Of a DNA stretch of 51,951 bases, positions 37,306-48,912 are shown one piece after another. Location: positions 1,481,923-1,533,873 of the forward strand of contig NC_068983.1 in NCBI RefSeq assembly GCF_001194135.2, given 5' to 3'. Under the pieces are notes generated by a model that saw only the letters and a list, made by a program, of their open reading frames with translations, made no database searches and was not told the origin of the DNA. Numbering within the stretch: the first letter of the stretch is position 1; every line of letters begins with the position of its first letter. Position numbers and translations under genes: made by a program. This DNA comes from Octopus bimaculoides. Lineage: Eukaryota.

Positions 37306-37983
37306 TGTACTAAGGATTTTCTATTTCTTATTCCACTATATATATATAAGCATGTTTACATGTATATATATNNNNNNNNNNNNNNNNNNNNNNNNNNNNN
37401 NNNNNNNNNNNNNNNNNNNNNNNNNNNNNNNNNNNNNNNNNNNNNNNNNNNNNNNNNNNNNNNNNNNNNNNNNNNNNNNNNNNNNNNNNNNNNNNNNNNN
37501 NNNNNNNNNNNNNNNNNNNNNNNNNNNNNNNNNNNNNNNNNNNNNNNNNNNNNNNNNNNNNNNNNNNNNNNNNNNNNNNNNNNNNNNNNNNNNNNNNNNN
37601 NNNATATATATATATAAGCATATTTATGTGTTTGTACGTATATGTGTGTACCTATATGTATGTATGTAGGTATGTATGTATGCATATATGTAAGTATACG
37701 AATAATGTATTTTAAATACTATTCGACCAAAAAAGAAGTGGTTTTTATATGTCCTTGGGCACAAAAGTCGGGATTGATCATATTCTTTCTAACCTCTATT
37801 GAATTTCTGTGAAGATCTAAGAAGACGAAAGACTAGGCAGATCGATATCTTCTCACGCGAAGATGTGCTGTAAACCTTTTGTGTGCTTTTCATGATGCTG
37901 CTAAAATTTCATGTTTACCAAAAATGTATACGTCACACCAAAAAGTAAAAGATATGCTTTGACATGCATAAATAACTTTTGAC

Positions 37984-37984
<1 letters not shown>

Positions 37985-38036
<52 letters not shown>

Positions 38037-38062
38037 ACATACATACATACATACATACATAA
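37985..38062. repeat. (TATC)n(TACA)n microsatellite
   Basis: Direct reading. Confidence 0.95.
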
Positions 38063-38629
38063 TACATACCCACAAACACACACACAACACATACACATAT
38101 ATGTTTGTGTGAATTGGCATATTCATATGAATGTATATATGTTCATACGAGTGTATGTATAAATATATATGTGAATGAATATGTGTCTGAGAATTAATAA
38201 CACGTTACATTTTCTGCTATACTGTGAAATGAAGCGTTGTCGTCGAATAAATTCCTACCCTCGGTGTAAGTGAATTTTGATTCCACTGAAGGGAGTGCAG
38301 CACTAGAGGACATGTTTTACTCTTAAAGCACGCAGCAAAGAGTTACCGTTCACTGCTTACATACATATACTTGTTTATATATATTCTGCTACGTTGAAGT
38401 GGTGCTTATTTATATGAGTGATTCAAATATTGCAAACAAGTGTTTAAGAAGCATAACTGGGAAAATTACCAGGGAATCGTGTTAGAGGAGATTGCCTTGA
38501 AACAAAATAACGATTTTAATTTAAATCAGGTGTACAAATTTAAAAGAAATAGAGTTTGAAAACTATATAAAAGAAAAAATAGAGTAACAGGTTTATTATC
38601 GGAACGAACTTCTGGAATGAGTGGAATAA

Positions 38630-39180
38630 TTACATTATAGTACCAGTGGATAAAAACGCGGACAATTTAGGCATTATTTGTGAAATTGCTATTCAGTGGT
38701 ATTTAACTGTGAAATAAGGGTATGAAGAAGATTTTTAACTCTCAAGGAAATTGTACGTACATAGTAGAGTTTGGCAATATGAATGATTCAATAAAGAAAG
38801 TAATACACACATTTGAATGGTTGAGTGGCTTGTCTAAGGTTTCCTATAAAGAGTAGATTTATTGCTTGTGCCAGAATGTGTACCAATAAGCAGATGCCTG
38901 CTCACATTACAGAACGAGGTATCAAAAATGTTGAAGTCGTCCCTTAGAGATATGGCAAAAGAATGTCTTGCAATCGATGAGTTAACTTATTTTGGAGTTT
39001 TAGCTCCTGTAACGAATTTTTGAGTAAACTGCAAAAGATGGTAGTTTGGGCGATGCGTGTCTATGACTTCTCTACATATACTAATATGTACATCTACTAA
39101 TATGCTAATCTAGAATTGAGATGGGGAGAATAAAGTATATCTAAATTTTTGAAATGGTATTTAATAAAGGTTATGCAGTA
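38630..39180 (+). mobile_element. Decayed Penelope-like RT (PxDK/DFSTLYT type)
   Basis: IVPVDKNADNLGIIC, SRFIACARMCTNKQ, YFGV..NF, VYDFSTYTN. Confidence 0.6.
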
Positions 39181-39739
39181 TTTAATAAGGGATTCTGGTC
39201 TATATAATGCTAAATACTTTTCTTTGTCCATTTACAGATTTCGTAAGCAGTATAGAACGTGAAATCGTGACACATTAATATGCAACAAAATATATTTCAT
39301 ACTGATTGAAAATAATAAAATTATTTCTTTATAAGATCATATCTTGCTCGTAAGATATAGGACGGCATAGTCCTGCACGTTGGCGGTCGAAATGGAGATA
39401 AACAATCAAGATTGAAAATAACAGCTCCCAGAGTGTGGAAGATGTGATGACGGAGAAGCCATTGACTAATCATAGACGGAAGAGAAACAGAGTCTTTATA
39501 AATATGGAAAAGACAACTAATTTATTAAATGGATGCGAGTAGAGTTGTTATAAATATTGTTGAAGTAGGACGGGGAACAAAACGTAGAGAATTTCTGAAC
39601 GATAAAGAGAACTCAATAAAGTTAAATGAAGTGGAATGTAAACATCAGAAATAACGTTTTCCCGCGTACAAAGATATATTGGAAGCGGTAGTACATTGCA
39701 CAGCGAATTGCCGAGTGATTTGCATAATGAAATAGAGTG

Positions 39740-41500
39740 AAACAACGTAAGCATCCCACTTTATGCAGCAGCTTGAGAACAGAATCAAGGACGAAAGCTA
39801 TTTTATCAGGATTTAAATAAAAAAGAAGGCAAAATGTGACAAAACCATTCTCGTATTTTCAATGTAAACTTACAAGAATGTTAAGATTGGATCTGTTGGC
39901 TACATTAGTTAAAAGGAAACAAATCTTAAAAAGGGACTGGAAGAATGACACGAAATGGAATTATTAGAGCTAATACAACATCGCAAAGTAATAACAGCAA
40001 ATACCAAATAACAGCACAAACTTATTGGGAATAGAACAACAGTATTGATTTTTGTATGACCCTCAAAAACATTTATCAATCTCATATAAATAGAGCTGAA
40101 TATGATGCGTTCATGTTTGAGATCAAAGTAGCGAGCTAAGCTTGTAATAATGACACTAAAATTGAAGCTGAAATCATTGAAGAATAAAGAGCAGAAATTA
40201 AAGCAGAACATACTTTGAAAGATTTAAACACCGGAATATTGAGCAAAATTTTAATCATGGATGCAAGGAAAATGTTCACTTTTATGTCAATGCTCAACAA
40301 TTAACAGAAACATTTGAAAAAGTAATAACAACAGTCAATAGAATCCTTAGTAAAGAAGATAAACTGAGGAATTCTTGGTTAAATAATATTTTTATCAGTT
40401 TCAATGAACGAATGGCACCAAAAAGGGAAACGATATGGAAGCAAAATAGCAGGAACGGAATGTAAATTTGGCGAAATAAAAGTCAAAATGAAAATTATGT
40501 GAGTAAATGATGGCAGGACTAAGAGGTAGAGGAATAAGAAGACCATTTCGAGAAAATAAGTGAAGAAAATATAAAGAAATAACCAGAGAATACGAATACG
40601 TAGCCATACATCTGATGGAAATATGTATTGCAACCCATCACTCATAGTAAATTGTTTAATCAATCGATGGAATAAATAATGTGTAAAAATATTTACAATA
40701 AATACAATGGAGATGTTTAGAGTGAAATAGGAGAAGTGAATAGTAACATGGTAAAAACATTATGAAAGAAAGAAAAAAAGATTCCTTTAAAATAAGGAGG
40801 TAGAAATCACTTCTTCAAAAGTGAAATAAACAATTAAAAGAAAACTTAATGAATCACTTGAAAGTGATACGAGAAAGCATGGAACACGTCAGTCTATCGC
40901 AGAGATTATTTGTAAAACTTGCAGTGATATTTCAGTACCGACGAATGATCCAGCAAATAATCGAAAAATAATTATATCACAGCTAAAGAAGGGAACACCA
41001 ACTTGTATGTCAACCGTGCAGTCAGCTTAAATTGCTATCCATGTCAGGTTTTGCAATGAAAGTGAGAGCTACGTAAGCAAGGTTTCCTTGATCAAAACTA
41101 AATAGTAATAATGACACTTAGGAAAAACAGGCAGGTTTCCAAAGAAACACTCCAGTGCAAATTTATAAACTTAATATTTTAGCAGAAAAAATATTATAAA
41201 CACCAGTCTGATGTTTACAACAAATTGGTCGATTTGAAGAAAATGATTGAGTGTTTATCATATGTTATGAACTATGAGAAAATAAAATAAAAGCCTACCT
41301 GTAATGTTATATAGTCATTATATAAAAGTGTGAAAGGTGTGGTCTGAGTTGAGAATTGGCCATGTTGTTGGTTTAAGACCTCTGATGGCGTCAAACAAGA
41401 TTGAGTTCTATTGCCTTTTTGACATGTTTTAAAATAAGTCTTGACGCTTGTCGAAGAAAATATTGAAATAAGAGATAAAGAAGAAAGTCATATTCAATTT
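39740..41500 (+). mobile_element. Heavily decayed APE-type LINE (endonuclease to RT)
   Basis: LVIMTLKLKLK (end of EN), KQAGFQR..LNILAEK, LYKSVKGVV..WFKTSDGVKQ. Confidence 0.5.
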
Positions 41501-42071
41501 ACTGGACACAACTGAGAACGTTGATGGGTAATAACTTCTGGATACAAATCCACGTGAAAACGTAATGACAATAATGATGGAAATATTTTAATAATAATTC
41601 ATACAAACTGAAAGAATATAACTAACCCAACTGAAAGACCAAGGGAGACAATCAAATAAGCTGATGACTAAATAATTTGGGAAAGCAATAAAGATAAAAT
41701 AAAACGTCGGATTAAAGCTGGTAGAGACTGTGTGAGTGTGGAAAATTCGTTTCCCAGCGATATACATTTCAACATGATTCCATGGTGTGAAGAGATAAAT
41801 CATGTAGAAAGTGAGAAAAATCTGAAGGGAAACATAGAGGAAAATTGTTTCTTATTCCATATATTTCATACTGAACTAATATAAGTATCAGGGGATGGGG
41901 GTCTGAACTTTGAACCACTTATGTCATTTATCAAAATACAAAACAATTATGAAAAAGTCGGGATTCCATGATATATTACCAATAGTAAATACAGTAATGT
42001 GAGGAACAATATGGTTAAGCGGTATAGAAAGAGAAGGAACCGAGTGGATAAGCAAGATCAGAGTGTGGGGA

Positions 42072-42072
42072 T

Positions 42073-42112
<40 letters not shown>

Positions 42113-42116
42113 GGAT

Positions 42117-42170
<54 letters not shown>

Positions 42171-42176
42171 AGAGAG
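42072..42176. repeat. (GATA)n(GA)n microsatellite
   Basis: Direct reading. Confidence 0.95.
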
Positions 42177-43149
42177 ATGATGGAATACATGAAGTGTTTG
42201 GTGACCGGCAAAGAAAACGATGAGGTTGAGTCGTTTGCTGCACATTTTCAGCTTCACCAGTTGGTGATTGTTTTCATTCAATGTAAGATAGAATATTTGC
42301 ATACATGAAAAAGGCGGTTCCTCAAGACAAGATAGGTGAATTTACACACAAAGACGGTAACCGACCCCAAATATCGACCAGAAATGCACTATCTACTAAA
42401 TAGGTTTTATTCCATTCACAGTCAGCAAGTTACATTTGTCACAGACAATTTAAATCCAAATTATGAGCTACTGTTAATCGAAATTTTACCATAAAAAATG
42501 CTAAGAAATCTTCCTTTGTGCAGCATTTTTATTTCGTAAACATTTGATCAAGTTCCTTTTGTCGAGGGAAAATATATGGAAGAGGGATAATTGTGATTTT
42601 CAAAGCGAGAAAAGCTAACTGTAAGGAAATAATTTTGAAAATGAATTGTAAGAGCTAATAAAATTACAGCATATTTGAATATTGGTTAGATACACAATAC
42701 AAATAAAAATATAATCAATGCTGAGGCACAATGCTTAGTTCTTCTAAGTGGAAATATTATAAACAATAAAACAATTTCAATGAATTTCATTCAGCTTATT
42801 TATTGGACATGGTTGTGTAATTTAGAAATAGATGAATAACAATAAAATTATATTATAGATTCTAGTGTGTTTTTTGTTATATGAAATTAAATTAGTACTC
42901 ACTCAAGAATTGTGTTTTATGCACATGGCGACCCTAAGAAACTTACTGCAGTATTCCCAGAACTTAATGTCAGTTATAGATACAGCAGTGTTCCATATTG
43001 TTGTATTCCCGGATCAAACAGACCTCTAACCAAATATAACATGAATTATAAAATAGATATAAACATTATCTACTTTTTCCAACACTATTGTCTTTCACGC
43101 AAAAATATTTGTGTACACATAAGCTCCATCCTTCCATCGAATCAACATC

Positions 43150-43300
43150 ACTTGTACAGGCGCAGCATGTGCCACATATCAGATGACAAAATGATCGCAA
43201 ATCAACATGAAATAAACTGCTTTGCTCAAGAACACAACACAACGCTCGGTCTGGGAATCGAACCCACCATCTTGCAGTCGCGAGTACAACACCTTAACCA
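43150..43300 (-). mobile_element. tRNA-derived SINE (family A-like) head
   Basis: Reverse complement tggttaaggtgttgtactcgcgactgcaagatggtgggttcgattcccagaccgagcgttgtgttgtgttcttgagcaaagca. Confidence 0.8.
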
Positions 43301-43539
43301 TATATATATATATATATATATATATANNNNNNNNNNNNNNNNNNNNNNNNNNNNNNNNNNNNNNNNNNNNNNNNNNNNNNNNNNNNNNNNNNNNNNNNNN
43401 NNNNNNNNNNNNNNNGATAGATATATATGTATATATATCGATAGATATATAGATAGATAGATATATATGTATATATATACACAATCATACACGCACACAC
43501 ATGTATATGAAGGTATATATATATATATATGTGTACGTA

Positions 43540-43740
43540 TATATTGACCATTTGCTGGACTGTTGCCACGTTCTCCGCTGATCGGGATGTGGTTGGACGA
43601 CCACTTCTTGCATCGTTCACAGAGCCCGTGACAAATTGTTATTGTCTCCGGATGTAGTGTTGCATGCTTCCCTTTCCATGCACGCCACGATCTCTGAACC
43701 AAAACAGTAGACTTCCACTCTTCATAGAGTGTCATGACTT
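43540..43740 (-). mobile_element. Tc1/mariner transposase N-terminal fragment (DUF4817-type)
   Basis: LYEEWKSTVLVQRSWR..PETIT../FVTGSVNDARSGRPTTSRSAENVATV across a frameshift. Confidence 0.7.
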
Positions 43741-43799
43741 CAGTGATAATAAAAATTATATAAGCAATTTCTAATGCCTACTTATTTTCCACTTCCCAA

Positions 43800-43832
43800 C
43801 ATGTGTGTGTGTGTGTGTGTTTGTTTATACAG

Positions 43833-43921
<89 letters not shown>

Positions 43922-43928
43922 AAGAGAG
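43800..43928. repeat. (TG)n and (GA)n microsatellites
   Basis: Direct reading. Confidence 0.95.
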
Positions 43929-44163
43929 AATACAGAGTATGTCTTTTGTGTTCAGAGAGATATACGACTGATGCTGTGAAGGTTAGAGCTCCATGTAAAT
44001 TATCCTGTTCAGTCTGATTGAAGTACAGTGGTTAAGCAACTACAAGACGTAGTAGCATTTTTGGTTCTGAAAGAAAGCAAATGCATAAGAAATAACGATA
44101 TATACAACTTTAATTAATTAGTTCCTCCACATCTTCACTCTTATAGTGAAACGTAGATAGAAA

Positions 44164-44229
<66 letters not shown>
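44164..44229. repeat. (TATC)n microsatellite
   Basis: Direct reading. Confidence 0.95.
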
Positions 44230-45285
44230 GTATAGCTATGTATCTCGCTCTCTCTCTCTATATATATACATGAATAGAGACACATACATCCATATACCCC
44301 CCACACAAACACATATATGTTCATAGTATGTGTGTATGTGTGTCTATTGGACAATTATTTACTGCTGCACAAAAAACTTTAGATATGATAGACTAATCCA
44401 GTTGATAAACTCTGAAAAGAGACTCTACATAAATTTGTTTCATGTTGACCATTGGCTCTTGGGCAATAGTTCACATAACAGGACTGTNNNNNNNNNNNNN
44501 NNNNNNNNNNNNNNNNNNNNNNNNNNNNNNNNNNNNNNNNNNNNNNNNNNNNNNNNNNNNNNNNNNNNNNNNNNNNNNNNNNNNNNNNNNNNNNNNNNNN
44601 NNNNNNNNNNNNNNNNNNNNNNNNNNNNNNNNNNNNNNNNNNNNNNNNNNNNNNNNNNNNNNNNNNNNNNNNNNNNNNNNNNNNNNNNNNNNNNNNNNNN
44701 NNNNNNNNNNNNNNNNNNNNNNNNNNNNNNNNNNNNNNNNNNNNNNNNNNNNNNNNNNNNNNNNNNNNNNNNNNNNNNNNNNNNNNNNNNNNNNNNNNNN
44801 NNNNNNNNNNNNNNNNNNNNNNNNNNNNNNNNNNNNNNNNNNNNNNNNNNNNNNNNNNNNNNNNNNNNNNNNNNNNNNNNNNNNNNNNNNNNNNNNNNNN
44901 NNNNNNNNNNNNNNNNNNNNNNNNNNNNNNNNNNNNNNNNNNNNNNNNNNNNNNNNNNNNNNNNNNNNNNNNNNNNNNNNNNNNNNNNNNNNNNNNNNNN
45001 NNNNNNNNNNNNNNNNNNNNNNNNNNNNNNNNNNNNNNNNNNNNNNNNNNNNNNNNNATTCGAAAAAGAAGAACATTCTAAAGCACAGCTAAGTATATTT
45101 AGTTAGATGTTGTTAAGTATATGACCGTTCATAGAGTGACCAATGGTTTCGTATCCATAAAGTGCTTAGCCTCATGCACAACTCTTCAGACTCTAAAGTC
45201 GAAGAGATATAATTCTTCCATTATTTATATATAAATTGTTGCGACAGTACATATAGCTATACCGTTATATATACGTGTATATAAA

Positions 45286-45352
<67 letters not shown>

Positions 45353-45353
45353 G
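45286..45353. repeat. (TG)n microsatellite
   Basis: Direct reading. Confidence 0.95.
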
Positions 45354-45962
45354 TCCGTCCATACATACTTTTGTAAAAGGGCGTACGTATTATATTATAT
45401 TATATTATATAAAGTAAAGTCGTCTTCAGAAAGAAATTCCCAATAAATTCTCAGCATTGTAGAGTGTTCACTCCCCTTTTATAAACATTCCATTATTATG
45501 TTTGTTTTCAATCAATAACCTTAATTTAACATTTACGCTTCCACGCACATACACAAACACACCAACCCCCACATTTAGGCCGTATATTATATATTGTGTG
45601 TTGAGCACAGATGCGCAGTGATGCGCACACATTTACATAGTGTCGAATCCAAAAGAGAGGAGCAATACAGAAATGATACAAAGAAATAAATATTTTACCA
45701 ACCACACCAACCACACAGAGGATGCACACTGGCACACACATGCACACAAGAATACACACGTATTTGTAGACACGCATACACATTCTCTGCGAAACATATT
45801 CGGAGTACCATCTACAGGTGATGAACGGCGATCAAAGGAGTTTGACCAGCAAAGATGATTGGTTTTGCTTTTGAATTTGGTTTACAGCATTCGTGATTCG
45901 TATTCATATGTGGAAACAAATCCTTTGGTGTGTTGGTAGGGTCACTACGTTAATATTAACAA

Positions 45963-46232
45963 CGCACGCACTGGTTCAATATCACTTATTGTTAGTGAAT
46001 CGCTTATATATCTAACCAACAAACTAATCGATCGTTTATTTAATGTGTTGCTTAAACATTGAATTGCCTGTTTGCTTTTCGATGTCCTTTCGTCGCTATT
46101 TGAGACCTTATCAATGACACGCCTATTTTCTTCAAGGTTGTGAAAAGCGACGAAAGACTTCGATTATTTAGTTGGTTAGATATTTGATCATTTGACTAAC
46201 AATGAAAGAGGTTATTTTAACCAGTGCGTGTG
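45963..46232. repeat. Long imperfect inverted repeat (fold-back or MITE-like)
   Basis: Paired blocks cacgcactggtt/aaccagtgcgtg, atatctaaccaac..aatcga/tcgatt..gttggttagatat and tttcgtcgct/agcgacgaaa. Confidence 0.8.
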
Positions 46233-46837
46233 GCGTCATCATTATTGGCGTAATGCCCCTTCCAACATATAGTAACAACAAAAATTGATTGATAGATTAA
46301 ATGAAAGATTAACCAAACTATTGATTAGCTAGTGAGTTAAATAATTAACCATTTAATAAATAACAGTGTAACAAAACTGAACCAATGCATATGCGTGTTA
46401 TTGGCATAATGCGCTATCCAGAGATAAAATAATCTGCATATACGTATACACACACACACACACACATAGACACACAAACACATACACATATATCCTGTAA
46501 GTAAGCTGGTTTTGATGTCAAGTTATATTTAAACAGTTTCATATTAAACTGAATTACTGAATACTTTTTAATACTGAGTCAGTAATTTTAGATCAATGCC
46601 ATGCTTACCATTCCTCTGGGAATTATTAACTAGTCTTATGGCAGATGAGGCGTATAGCGTTCGGGAGAAGAAGTATTTATTACCAAAGATTAAAAAGGTG
46701 CAGAAGGAAATGAAGGTGAACTGTAGATCTGATGTATGTTCATAGTAAGAGTTTCTAAATGCGGTGGGAATAAAGTAGTAATTAGATATTGGCTAGATTA
46801 CAGGAAGAGTCACTTTCTCGAGTCATACCGACTCAGA

Positions 46838-46965
46838 AGGGACTGGAGCAATATGAAAAGCAGTGTTTTATACAAGAACAGAACACGTCGCCCGGTTCAG
46901 GAATCGAAACCACAATCTTACCATCACGTGTCCAGCACTCTAATGTTTAAGCCGTGCGCCTTCAC
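46838..46965 (-). mobile_element. tRNA-derived SINE head (family A-like)
   Basis: Reverse complement gaaggcgcacggcttaaacattagagtgctggac..gtggtttcgattcctgaaccgggcgacgtgttc. Confidence 0.7.
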
Positions 46966-47434
46966 AGATTACAGCAAGCTTACAACAATGTCCGTCATTG
47001 TTGGCGCTAGAAGTACCTGAATACGCTCGGGGTCAAATGCTCGCTGGTAGGTAGGGAACGATATAAGAGACTCGAATGCACCCCCACAGTGCAGAAGAAA
47101 TGGCATCAGGTTACAAAATACTTTACAATCCTAGAATATGTACGTTTCACTACTGTGTGTGGCAAGATGGTGTTGGTATGATGCGAGTGTTTATAGTAGT
47201 TCATCAGTTGATTAATGAAACGGGATGTGTTGGATGTATTCGGGGAGTGGTTGGTAAAGAATGCAAATAATGATATGCAGAGAATAAAGTGAGAATGACT
47301 CTCGAATGAAAAGCAATCTAAAGGTTGTGGATTTCGTTGATCGTTAGTCATGCGTACCATTCATGGCAACATGGGTAGTCACATATACACTCATACGTAT
47401 ATGTATATATATATATATATATATTTCAATATGT

Positions 47435-47620
47435 GACCGCGTGTGTATTGTTGGCGATTTTCCTTCTCTGTCTTCCCTTCTTTGGACTTTTTCTATATTT
47501 CTGATGAAGAGCTCTGCTGGAAACGTGAAATCCTCTTTCTTTTCTTTCCTTTCCTGAGCGTCCAATAACACAGTACTTGTACCACGTCCTCGCATTATTG
47601 TTGTTTCTTGCTTGTTCTTG
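47435..47620 (+). mobile_element. Probable PLE terminal-repeat fragment of another family with a hammerhead motif at 47497-47531
   Basis: ATTT-CTGATGA-A-GAGC-tct-GCTG-GAA-AC-GT-G-AAAT in a pyrimidine-rich repeat-like segment. Confidence 0.55.
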
Positions 47621-47635
47621 TTTGGACTGACTATA

Positions 47636-47683
<48 letters not shown>

Positions 47684-47881
47684 CATACACATACACAGAT
47701 ATAGACATACACACACAAATATCGTTTTGAAAATACAAATAAAGCTCCTATTCCATTATGCTGACTACAGTCTAATGATGCTGACCAGTGAGCCAATTTT
47801 TCGGGGTTGCATTAAGTTATACCGATGTAATGTAAGACAAATGTAATAACAATAATCCTAGGATGGAATTTTAGAATATCT

Positions 47882-48077
47882 AATACATTATTTACATTAT
47901 TTACATTATTTACATTATTTATATTTGAAGGATATTTGTTCTCATCTTGTTTGTTTTTAACAACGTTTCGACTGATACACCCTCCAGCTTTCATCAGGTG
48001 TCTTGGGGAAATATCTGTTAAATGTAAATAATGTAAATAATGTATATAATTCCTCATCTCTTAAATATAGAACTGTA
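47882..48077. mobile_element. Fold-back fragment of the hammerhead pLTR module (minus HHR 47957-48002, plus-strand tail 48008-48077)
   Basis: Reverse complement gacacctgatgaaagctggagggtgtatcagtcgaaacgttg, followed by the tail aaatgtaaataatgtatataattcctcatctcttaaatatagaactg in the opposite orientation. Confidence 0.85.
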
Positions 48078-48494
48078 TTTGCTATATTGCTACGCACGTT
48101 TCCATAAATCTCATAACTGTTAATGTTATAGTCCGTATTCGTGGGATTACTTCTGTGTGGCGAGTAGTATCTTTCTTGTGGTGATTTCTGCATTCTATTC
48201 GGTGGTGTATTGTGTAGCATCTCAAATATTGGTTGGTTTGCCTATTTGTTTGGTTTCCTTCGCTTTTCTGTAATGCGTTATTTGGTTTCAAAATATTTTA
48301 TTTTCAAATTTCATGAATGATGCTTTGCTTCTATGTTTACATGATATCATCAACATGATGATCAACCGGATGGCCACGGATACTACAAACTACACTGTAA
48401 TCACCACAGGAATACGCATTGTGATCTTAAAAGTCATGTAATTTATGAAAACGCGCGTAGTGATTTATTAAATGTTTATAAATTCCAACCTAGG

Positions 48495-48588
48495 TTTACT
48501 GTTGTTGTTGTTATTATTATTGTTATTGTTATTATTGTTATTATTATTGTTGTTATTGTTGTTGTTGTTATTATTGTTGTTATTGTTG
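48495..48588. repeat. (TTG/TTA)n compound microsatellite
   Basis: Direct reading. Confidence 0.95.
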
Positions 48589-48812
48589 AAAGGCGGTGAG
48601 CTGGTAGAATTGTTAACCCACTGGAAGAAATGCTTAGCTGCATTTCGTCTGCCACTACGTTCTGAGTTCAGATTCCGCCGAGGTCGACTTTCCCTTTTAT
48701 CCATTCGGGGTTTATAAATTAAGTTCCAGTGAAACATTGGTCTCGATGAAATCGACTAGTCCCCCCCCCCAAAGTTTGATGGCCTTGTGGCTCCAGTTGA
48801 AAGGATTACTTT
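48589..48812 (+). mobile_element. SINE family B, near full length
   Basis: aaggcggtgagctggtagaattgtt (A-box), gagttcagattcc (B-box), ggtcgactttccc..aaaggattac tail. Confidence 0.9.
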
Positions 48813-48831
48813 TATTATTATATATATGTTA

Positions 48832-48912
48832 CAGTAATCTCTCGATTATCGCAGGTGTTACGTTCCAAAACACTCCACGATAGGTAAACTGCGATATGGC
48901 GAGGGATTAGTG
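48832..48912. mobile_element. 81-bp pogo/Tigger-like MITE
   Basis: TIRs CAGTAATCTCTCGATTATCGC / GCGATATGGCGAGGGATTAGTG with TA on both sides. Confidence 0.8.

Noticed and set aside
47060-47300. Possible RTE endonuclease fragment (GYKILY..GVGM)
   Set aside because: Two short motifs only; insufficient.
47882-47920. Short tandem ATTATTTAC units resembling a spaced repeat array (CRISPR-like)
   Set aside because: There are no spacers or cas genes, the context is eukaryotic, and the units are slippage expansions in the pLTR tail.
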